This document shows positions 37,593-47,489 of a stretch of 47,489 nt of DNA, in pieces. The stretch comes from Sphaeroforma arctica JP610. Lineage: Eukaryota. The stretch is taken from positions 22,274-69,762 of the forward strand of contig NW_014040437.1 of the NCBI RefSeq assembly GCF_001186125.1, given 5' to 3'. The position numbers were made by a program, and so were the translations under genes. Below the pieces are notes generated by a model. The model was not told the DNA's origin. It was given only the letters and a program-made list of their open reading frames with translations, and made no database searches. The number at the start of each line of letters is the position of its first letter. Position 1 is the stretch's first letter.

Positions 37593-40500
37593 CGCGAGTG
37601 AGTGAATGAGTGAATGGGTGAGTGAGTGAGTGAGTATGTAAGTGGGTTAGGGATTTTGTTGGCGAATGGGTGAGTGAGTGAGTGAGTGAGTGAGTACGAG
37701 TGTGAGTGAGTGAGTGAGTGAGTGCGAGAGTACGGGTATGAGTGAGTGAGTGAGTGAGTGAGTGCGAGTATGAGTGTGAGAGTGAGAGTGTGAATGAGTG
37801 AGTGAGTGTGTAAGTGGGTTAGGGATTTTGTTGCGCGCGTGTGTGCATGTGCCTTTGTAGCTACTAGAGGGCATGTATGTCACGCGTGTATGTGGACAGC
37901 TATTAGTTCGGCTTAGTTGCTGACCGGGGCTTTCACAGACGTACCCGGCATTCCGCTGGCCGTAGGCTACTGCACCATCAAACAACAATAGTCCGGCGCA
38001 GACACACCGGGAACCAATCCGGCATGGGCACACGCAGGCGAGTATATCAAAATACACAAATAGTTATAAGATACGACATCGGAATGCGACATATATGAAC
38101 ATTGTGAAAGGTTGTAGATGATCAAGTAGTACATCTGCCTGGGTGTATATACTTTGAAACCATCTACACGTACGTACTATGCACGAGGCGACAGACAAAG
38201 GCGAATAGACACGCGGATGCACTCTTGTTTAGCCTCTACACGCAACCAAACATGCATAGGAAGACACTGACAAGACACCCGACATACCCAGATGGGGACC
38301 AGCGAGCGACAGGAACGTACGACAAAGCGGCAGGAAGGGTCGGAAATGCGACAATGTTACACACAGCCTGACCACCAGCGCACCCTGTGAATGGGCGATG
38401 AAGCTGATGGCACAGACGTTGGCCCCACGCTTGGTCCTCAACTCTTGCTCGCACTCGATAATCTCCGAACAGAGCCGGGCTGCCTGTGTGCATGGTTTGG
38501 GCAGTAGTTAGTGGAAGTGTGTGTGTGTGTGCATAGACGCATAGGCGCGTACTGTATTGTTGGTGAACTCTATCTACATAAGTGGTGTAGTATGCTTTGG
38601 TGTGTGTAGCTGGTACTGATGTATCTATACTCACATGTAAGCTAAAATGCACTCTATGCAACGCAGTCTACGGTGCACGGGCGTGCGAGGAGTACTGCAG
38701 CTGCGTGGGTCATGTACATGCTATAGTGGTGCTGAGTGAGTGGGCATGAGCCGGTGCGAGTTTATGACCCCAGGGCTCATCGATCCTGAAACGTATATGT
38801 ACGCGGTGTGTTTACGCGCAGGCTATGGTTATGGTCGTGTGCTCGCACGTGTGCGGGGGCTGTTGTAAGTATACACACTCATTAACATGCGTGATACGAA
38901 GGAGTTGTGACGAACTTAAACGCAAAGCCGGTGCTTAGCCGGTGCTTTTGACTGCTTAATGCGATAGAGCATCGCTGTGTGGCATGTACCAATACGTTTG
39001 TTAGGGGGAACGCGTGTGTCAATATTCGTACTGTAAAGTTTCAGAAGGTGCGTGGACCATAACTAACTAACTGTGCCGATCAAACGGGTGAGTCTGCATG
39101 TACTTAGCTCTGGCAATGGGGGCCAGAGTAGTCATGCAGGAATGCGTAATACGTTAAACGCAATCGATTTGCTTTGCATTTATCTCCCATATGTCGCCTG
39201 CCCACGCATCGGCGCACTGACACAGGCGCTATATATTTGCACAAGTAAATACATACAAAACCCCACCAAACCAAAAACATAAACGCATGTGTATACCTCT
39301 CCCTACATCCTTATTACAGTCACACACCTATGTAACACACACACACACCTATGTAACACACACACACCTATGGAACAGACACACACACCTATGTAACACA
39401 TACACACACCTATGTCACACACACACACCTATGTAACACACACACATACACACAACCATCCGGCAGCGGTGGTCCTACCTGTGTGGGCAGTGAGTCGTAC
39501 GTCTTGTCCTCATTGGCTTTGGACAGTAGCAGGTGCAGCTTCGCAGTCGCGCGCGACCCATTGCATATGCTACGGCGTCGCAGCAGTGCGGCATACACTC
39601 GGAAGTCATACCGCGAGCCAGCCAGGCCATGCACCAAGACCACCACGTGCATCTGAGGCGTGGCCACGTGTTCGTTGGGTGCGTGCGAGTGTGCCGTCTG
39701 CAGGTCCACGAGTGTCTGAGCTGGCTGTGGTAGTGGGTGTTGTGTGCGCGTGTCCTCTGTATGGGTGGGGTCGGGTGCGTGTGGCATCGTCCTAGCATAT
39801 TTCCCCGTGCTAGCGTGAGGCGACTCAGGCATACTTGTACGTGTGGGGGGACCAGCGTCGTGGTGTGTTCGCGCACACGTGTGTGCATCAGTGCACACGT
39901 GTGCCGCGTTTGGCATCGTGTTCCTGGTATACGCATTGGCGTGCGAGTCACTCAGATACGTGCACACACCCACCCCACAGCCTCTCCCCCGCTCCTTCTC
40001 GCGCCTGCGCTGCGCCTGGTCGCGTCTGTGCTGAGTGTGCACATGCATGCACGGGGTGTGTGGGGGCTTGGCCTGGGTCTTGGGCTGGTTCGGTTGGGTG
40101 TGCATGTGTCTTTGCTGTGCCACGTGGCCGTACACGTCCTCGTACATCGCCGGCATTGGTGTGGCGTCGAAAGTGTCGTCCACCGCGCTCACGAAGGTTC
40201 CGCGCCATTCGCAGCGGTGGTTGCATGTTCTATTTATAGATCCATGGGTGCTGACGCTGGAATCGGCCGACGTACTATCTTCTGATGGGCTCTTGGCGGT
40301 TTCCGATACCGAGATATATGCGGGAGCATTTTTCAGGCAGTCAGTGCTGGCTGGAACCAGCCCAGACGGTTTTGCGATAGATTCCAAACTACCTGTGCCA
40401 CTCCCTGGTTCACATATGGGGGGTTCGGATACGCCTGTAGTACATTCAGATCCGCTTGCGAGATGGGTACGTCCCAGTGCGCTCGCTAAACCGCGAGTGA

Positions 40501-43500
40501 TGTCTGAGCTCTCAACTGCGCCTGAGCTGCCTAGAGGTCCAACCTCTGTACCTTTACAGTCACGTGTGCCGTTGTGGATCTCAGGAGGCTCCTCGCTGCT
40601 GTCACACCCGTCACTAGTAGTTTCCGTATACGTATTCTTCGTTGCCGCTTGCGCTGGTGCACTAAGGCTCTGACTAAGCAGCTCTGCCTCAAGTGTCCCG
40701 CTGTTATCTTGACTACCACTGCCCCTTTCCAGCGTGTCTTGTTCAAGCTTGCCTTGTTTTTCCCGTGTTCTGTTCTTGAACGCGATCGCATGTGGCGACG
40801 CCCCAGGCACATAGGTCGTGTGTGTCTTTGTTCGGTCTCCCACAATCAGTGGGAGAGCCGCATGCGCTGAGCAGTCCGCACAATTCACCTGGCGATGGCT
40901 TGGCGAGCGCATGTCCCACTCCTCGTCTATGTGTGTACCAACAGCAGTGTTTATACTCGCCTGTGCCTGCCCAGACACGCTTTCAGTCATATCATCGGAC
41001 GCCTTAGCCACCAGTTGTGTGTTGTGCCCTGCAAGCGTCTCTTGTCTGGGCATATTTAGGGTGGCTGTGGTACTACGCACCTCACCGCTTGTGGCTGTGG
41101 TACTACGCACCTCACCGCTTGTGCTCACCCCTGCGTGTGCCTCTACGTGCCTAGTTGTTGTGACAGCATGTCCAGATTCTGCCCATTCAGTGCGTTGCGT
41201 GTGCTCCTCGGTCCCAGGCCTAGTTATATCTGGGTGCGCGTGTGCAGTACCATATGCGCATGTGGCGACGTGTCCCGGTATCTGGTCAGAGGTGAAAGCT
41301 GAACGGGCGAGCTCATTCGCTGCTGAGTGCATGCTCCGAACCTCGGGAACAGTACCACCTCCCTGCGCAAGCGCATGTGCACGTGCTTGATCATCTGCGG
41401 CTTTTGTAGCGAAGGACGCTCGGTATGCCCCCAGAGGAATGTGCTGCCTGTATGCCAGGCAACTGTGGTGAGACGAGAACCAGAGTGTGTTGAGTTGCTA
41501 TATATGGTTGGCATTTGCTTCGATCGTCTTCTGAAACAGGCCGTAACGGGCCCATGTCGAAGAGAAGCAGGTGCATGTAGGTAGATGATGCTGATTGTAC
41601 ATGATAGTGTCACGAGTGATAAGAAGGATAACCAGGTAAGCTCACAATCGCTGGTGGACAGGTGAGCTGGGAAAACACAACATAGTGAGCAGTGTTGCTA
41701 GTTGTTCCATAGGCATGGTGTGTTGATAAGTGCTCCTGGCCGGTTAAAAACCATAATGTATCGTGATCAATGCCAGCACTTACTAGGTATTTGCAACAGA
41801 GGGCGTAGTAGGAATAAAGGCCACGTGCGTATGCTGGTCACCGTATTGGGCGACGTGAGATTCATACACTGGCACATAATAAAAAGCACAAAATAGGACA
41901 AACAAATACGTACTGAACCAAATAGGACAGTTCGGGACAAAGAACTCCGCCGGTGCAAATAGAGACGAACATACGTCCAGGGCAGACATTTATGGGTGTA
42001 TATATAGCCCTCTAACAAAACGCGTCGCTTGCTACACACCTGCGCGGATTGTCTCTAGCCTCATGCCATGTACTGCTGAGTTGGGAGCGGTAGAGGTTCT
42101 GGTGGCGCTGTGTGGTATGCACACGGGATATTACGGAGAATTCATACGGGAGCATGAGCATTTGGGTGAACATTGGTAGAGGAATCAGTATTATCTCATG
42201 AGAGAGCTTGTAGTACAGCTATCCAGGGGGCATGTCCAAGATCAACAGGCAACCAGTTTCAAGATGGGAGAAACAGTTGTTGGCACAGCTACGTACACCA
42301 AAAAGGCATGTGTAAGAAAAGCAGTGGTAGAAATATGCCAGAGATCACTTAGGTGGAACACATGGCATGTACTCAGGGAAGGGGTGCATGTGCGTACCAA
42401 ATATTGAGGTTGGCGTTGACGAGCCATAACAGGAAGCGGGAAAGACATATGCTTGCAAGAAAGAGCGGGAAAAATATATGCTTGCGAGAAAGAGCGGGAA
42501 AGACATGTGCTTGCGAGAAAGAGCGGGAAAGACATATGCTTGCGAGAAAGAGCGGAAAAGACATATGCTCGCGAGAAAGAGTGGGAAAGACATATGCTTG
42601 CGAGAAAGAGTGGGAAGGGCATATGTTTGCGATAAAGAGCGGGAAAGAATATGCTTGCGAGAAAGAGTGGGAAAGACATATGATTGCGAGAAAGAGTGGG
42701 AAACGACATATGCTTGCGAGAAAGAGCGGGAAACACATATGCTTGCGAGAAAGAGTGGGAAAGACATATGCTTGCGAGAAAGTGGCTGAAACAATCGAAC
42801 GAAGTGCGCAGAAGCCTCACAGATGGACACACTCACGAGCACAGCAAGCACTTGTACCATGTACATACATGGGCCATGGTCTTCTCAATTGAGCCGAGGT
42901 AGACGCAGCGGTCTGGCGTGAAGTCATCGCTCATCTCCACAAACAGCGCGCTCAGCTGTCGGCTGAGGGACGTCAAATGCGCCACAATCACTGCGCACAC
43001 TCTCTGCTCACGCGCACGTCTACACGACCCATGGTCACGCTCTGCAGTACACACTCGTACCACGCGTTGTGGGGTGTCTGAGTTGGGCTCGCCCGCATTA
43101 GTAGAAGACTGTGGGGCTGTTTTGGCCCCATCGGGACCCAAACGGTCAGTGGGTGTTTCTAAAGTGTTGAGTGGTGCGTGTGACTCATCACTGGTCTGAT
43201 CCACACCGCCGTCGCCATGGCAACCCGCCTGCACGGCACGTTGCACCGCTGACCACAGCACATGCTGCAGCTGCTCATAGTAGTCCGAGTGTTTGGGCTT
43301 GCGCTCTGGGTAGGGAATACCCTGAGTGGTCTGTGGTTGTCTGTGGGCCTCACGGGTGGTGTGGGCGTGTGTGGGCGTGCCCTGCATACTGTGTGCGTAT
43401 GCACGAGCGCTGCCAACTGGGTTCTTTGGTTGTATGCGTGTGCCATGCGTGGCTTGGTCGTGTGCGTCGCCTGACAATACACCTGTCTTGTATGTCTGTG

Positions 43501-46500
43501 GTTCTGCACTATCTGATTCACCAGCGCCTTCTCCTGGCCTCTCCGGTTGCTGCATTCCCGAGACTTTCACCTGCACCGGTCCTATTTTCTCGAGGACTGG
43601 TGCGCTAGGAGTACGCTCATGTTCATATAGGAGGATAGGGATGCGCACGTGTTCGCCCTCCCGACAGAAGTCGTCCGCATGCTTGCGCGCCAGCTTGTGG
43701 TACTGATGGCGCAGCAACCGAAACTGCCGCACCAATGCACGCACGCAAGTGGTGTGAGTGAGGATCAATGAATCCAGTGTGTGTATGTCGGCCGCATCGC
43801 ATATGATGTGTGTATTTGTAGGGGTATCGGTGGCCTGAATAGCTGGGTGAGTGACAGTGCCAGTGTCCGCGCGAGCGGGTGTGCATGCGGGTACGTTCAT
43901 CGACGAACCCGCACCTGCAGACACACCTGTGCGTGTGTGAAGCGTATCATAAGACGCCGCATATGACTGGGTGGATGTATCCGTCATGATAGATTCGGCT
44001 CTTGATGGTATGGCTGGTACTTCTGTGGTGCGTTGGAGTGTCAGACCCGACAGCGACGCACATACTGTCAGTTCAGCCGTGGCAAAGTGGCGATCGGGCA
44101 GCAGTATCTCCAGGGGGGTGGGGCGTACTATAGGGAGAGTGACAGAGGTATCAACAATGGCCGAGCTTAACGGTCACAAGTACCAGGGGAGGGGGGTTTG
44201 AAAGGGTATCGGGTTTCCGATGACCAGAAGTCAACCGAAATCACCAGGTAGAGGCAGCAGCAAGCGAATCGAAAGTATACGACGACGAACTCCGCACATA
44301 CTTTGACTACGATGCATGCCCAAGCAAGCAAGCATTCACTCAGGTGCAGAAGAAGTGGGTAAGACACACTACTCAACGGAACACAAAGGTCACTGACATA
44401 TACACGCATCGGTGGCGTGAGCAGTGCTCACCTGCATGCATGAGTTTGCGGAGGGTCAAGCGGCGAGTGCCGATCCGTGTGTGGCTGCCCTTGGCCGGTT
44501 TTTTTCTGCGAATGAAGATTACATATAGTAAATACCACTGGTGCGTTGGCGTGGAATGAGAAATGGGTACCAGACGTCGTACCGGGGAGCTTGCAAGCAA
44601 ACAATAAAACATGGAAGGACTCAATGCAAGCAAGTAATAAAACATGGCAGGGGTGACCCAGAGTGTAGTTGACAGAGGGACACGTTGTAGAATAGGGTAG
44701 TGCAGGTTAGACTACCGATCTGAATACAATTCCGCAATCACAGGTGCGCCAATTCACCAATTGACCAGAGGAGGGGGTTACTTCGCTCGTCTAAGAGAAC
44801 ATTTGCGCTCCACCTTGATGGCATACGAATGTATAGCCAGTGTAGCATGTTTGCCCACAATCAATAAAATACACACACACACATGTGCGTGACATACGCA
44901 CAAGGCTCATTTGTTTCTGACAAGTGTGGTCTTGAGTATCAAATACGAACACATGAAAATCCACACCCATAGATGCGGACGTCATATGGTTTGATGCTGC
45001 ATCTAGTACTTACCCTTTGGGAATGGACTCGTCAGACACATAGTACACGTTCAGCAGTAAATCCAATTCGATGGCGTTCACTTCTATGCTGAGCTATTTA
45101 GAGATGAGGCAAACCCAAAATCTCACGTTAAGACCTTAACAACTAAACATGGTTACACGCGCATGCGTGCAATGGTCACTCTCACACTCAATACTTTATA
45201 GGCCCGTGATCACTGAACCCATGTTTATCTGTGTATACAGGCGAACCGATGATACATCCTCCATGGTGTACAACGCACACAATCTGATTGAATTCAATGC
45301 TCACGACCAGAAGCATATCCGACTAAAGGAGAAAGTATTGATAAGCACACACATCAAAGTACGTATCCTTCACTGTAAAACACCCAGATGCACATGTGCA
45401 CAAGCGTTCGACTAGCCGATTCCCCAGCGTAACTACTAGACGCACCTTCATCACATCGCCGATGGCAGTGCTGGCGCGAAAGTGGACGAGATCGCAGAGT
45501 TTGGTTTGCTCTCTGCAGCGTGACGAGGATCAAATGTGGGGGTGTATCACAGTCAGTAACTATGAAGTGTGCGCTGGTAGTAGGCCAAACCAACGCGAGT
45601 GTGTACCATCTGGGCAAGGCGGGAATTGCAACTATGTGACCAGTCCAGCGTCTACGAGCTCGGATAGTTCTGGACACTTAAAGTCCAAAATGGCCCCCCA
45701 CGGGGATAGTCCACCGCGCATGGACTACAGTGCGGATCAGTCACACACGCATAGTGTATCATAAGTGTATACTATACGGATATCACCGTTCGTGCTGATT
45801 GTGGGGAATATATTGCAATACGAATGGCTACGCTACAGCACTAGCAGCAGCAGCCTGGAATCGCATCCCTTTGGCACAGGCCCAATTGGTTTACTCTTGA
45901 CCCGATTACATGTTGTTAGTGCGTTGCGCGTGCTCAGGTCTTGTGTATGTTCGGATCTCTTGTCTCAGGAGACATGCGCCACATAACGGTTTCCTGTGGC
46001 AAGCAGGTACTTATAATAAGCGAACACTCTGCCCTATGACAGGTCTGGTCCGGTCCTACGCGTATGCGAGAGCTATCTGAGTGCGTATGTACTGATATCT
46101 ATATGCCTGTACGATATACCTGACCTCGTGCTGTATCTTTGACCACTGGTGCCGCGTGTGCATGTGCAGTATAATGTGTGCACATTCATCTGTCAAGTCT
46201 GTGGCCCACTGCATAGGATTCAGTAGCATAAGCATACCACACCAACACTCACCTGCCAAACCGCGGGGTGAAGGTAGTGCTGCAGAACCCATGCTTGTCC
46301 GACGTCAGTGCGGCTGGTGTCACGTTGTTGTTCGACTGAAACAGGCCGAAATGCGCCTTGATCTCTGAGGTACCTGGTGCATGTTGTGGAGTGTGCTTCG
46401 TATTATCGGGCGCGCTTATTTAAACGGTTCCATAGGGAAATCAGAAGTTAAATGTCGAGTTGCTCTATGGAGGTTTCGTGAAAAGTGGGTTCGGAATTGA

Positions 46501-47113
46501 AAGCATGATAGCGCCACGGTGGAGGAAGAAGATCGACTTCTGCAAGGGGTATCCATAAATATGTAAATACTTTGCATCCATACATAATGTATACACATTC
46601 AGATAAGAAGACACACCTATTCACATTCAGATGAGAATACACACTAGTATGTGATGAAATTGTTGCCTCAATACGTGACCTATACACATTCACATAAGAA
46701 GACACACTAGTATGTGATGAAATAGTTGCCTCAATACATGATCTATACACATTCAGATAAGAAGACACACTAGTATGTGATGAAATAGTTGCCTCAATAC
46801 ATGACCTATACACATTCAGATAAGAAGACACACTATTATGTGATGATATAGTTGTGAGCGCATACACAATGCAGAGCCGAAAACGATGACGAAATGAAAT
46901 GGGTGTTCATTCTTCTGTGTGTTAAATCCTCAGAATTCAAGCTTCTGTTATATGTTAACATTATCTAGCATTAACTGTTTTCAGGTCTATTGATTAAACC
47001 CATCTATCAGTCAAATTACAAACATACCTTCAGGCTCAACTGTCGGGACGTAACACTCAATGTCCACATCCACGAGACTCTTCGGTTCCATGCGCAACTC
47101 AATATAGTAGTAT
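35574..47113 (-). CDS. FAM135: FAM135-like protein (N-terminal FAM135-type region plus DUF676 alpha/beta-hydrolase domain), multi-exon, 5' incomplete
   Basis: Exon peptides in FAM135 order: YYYIELR (47113-47028), STTFTPRFG (46373-46253), LDLLLNVYY (~45050), GTRRLTLR (~44450), EFVVVYFRF (~44280), HVVVLVHGLAGSRYDF...LLSKANEDKTYDSL (39480-39650), SFIAHSQGALVVR...FLSLAGPHLG (38290-38410), FGLWFL...SIAQL...LLYRL (37175-37300), FRTVILVATRLDGYVP and MLGRAVH to the stop at 35574. Exact boundaries of the middle exons are not resolved. Confidence 0.85.
36929..37160. repeat. Diverged ~90-bp intronic tandem repeat (about 2.5 copies)
   Basis: cttatac(t/c)cactc and ccttggt(g/a)cacg(c/t)atagtc(g/a)cc blocks recur at a ~90-bp period. 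Confidence 0.7.
37340..37832. repeat. (GAGT)n/(TA)n compound repeat with a duplicated ~160-bp block
   Basis: gtaagtgggtt(a/t)gggattttgttg occurs three times amid GAGT and TA runs. Confidence 0.9.
39320..39453. repeat. CA-rich ~20-bp minisatellite
   Basis: cacacacctatgtaacaca unit, about 6 copies. Confidence 0.9.
42433..42785. repeat. 29-bp intronic minisatellite, about 12 copies
   Basis: gcttgcgagaaagag(c/t)gggaaagacatat repeated head to tail with no spacers. Confidence 0.95.
46590..46855. repeat. 63-bp intronic tandem repeat, about 4 copies
   Basis: tatacacattcagataagaagacacactagtatgtgatgaaatagttgcctcaatacatgacc, with unit starts at 46681, 46744 and 46807. Confidence 0.93.
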
Positions 47114-47219
47114 CTAATCAGAGAGTGTTTGTTTTAATCATGTCAGGACACTATAACTGTTTTACCCCTTCTTTTGTCTCGCCCCTGGAATATGTATACA
47201 AATAGTCTCACACCCGAAT

Positions 47220-47485
47220 ATCTATATATACATGTATATATATATACATACACATATACGCACACACATGCACAGACGCACACACACCCCACACCTACCA
47301 CCCCCACCCACACCCACTTACCAAATAACTCAGACACTCACGACATCACACACACACACACACACACACACAACCACACCCACACCCACACACACACATA
47401 TATATATGTATATATCTGTACACAGACACAGACACAGACACAGACACAGACACACACATATATATATATGTATATATACATAGAC
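47220..47485. repeat. Compound (TA)/(CA)/(CAGACA) microsatellite
   Basis: Seen directly. Confidence 0.9.
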
Positions 47486-47489
47486 CTAC

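Noticed and set aside
42433..42785. Regular 29-bp repeat array resembling a CRISPR array, and the ORFs over it
   Set aside because: Units are head to tail with no unique spacers, there are no cas genes, and the locus is a eukaryotic intron. The ORFs are repeat artefacts.
35643..43706. Plus-strand ORFs (e.g. 35953..36699, 40035..40673, 40818..41390)
   Set aside because: Antisense shadows of the long FAM135-like exons.

Overview
Intron-rich eukaryotic DNA with many TA, CA and GAGT microsatellites and two 20-N gaps. The gene content suggests a unicellular holozoan such as an ichthyosporean (inference only). Left: a 14-exon, ~3,200-aa, Q-rich PRRC2/BAT2-like gene on + (131-15130, 5' end outside the window). 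Middle: a transposon island (~20.0-29.4 kb). Its main element is a decayed minus-strand Ty3/Gypsy chromovirus-like retrotransposon with pol order protease-RT-RNase H-[N6-adenine DNA methyltransferase]-integrase-chromodomain. The methyltransferase (IDVFA...NAQLPRF...AF.HDW...NPPW) is the DIRS-type Dam domain, sits in frame between RNase H and a DDE integrase, and is partly tandem-duplicated. It is the main finding. A second TG...CA element with a 4-bp TSD is nested in the RT. Next to it are a Ulp1/C48 peptidase relic and a separate plus-strand relic with gag-like CCHC knuckles and another degenerate Dam-like domain. Right: a small C2H2 zinc-finger gene (-) and a multi-exon FAM135-like (DUF676 hydrolase) gene (-) whose 5' end probably lies beyond the window. 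All assignments come from reading motifs by eye; no searches were run.
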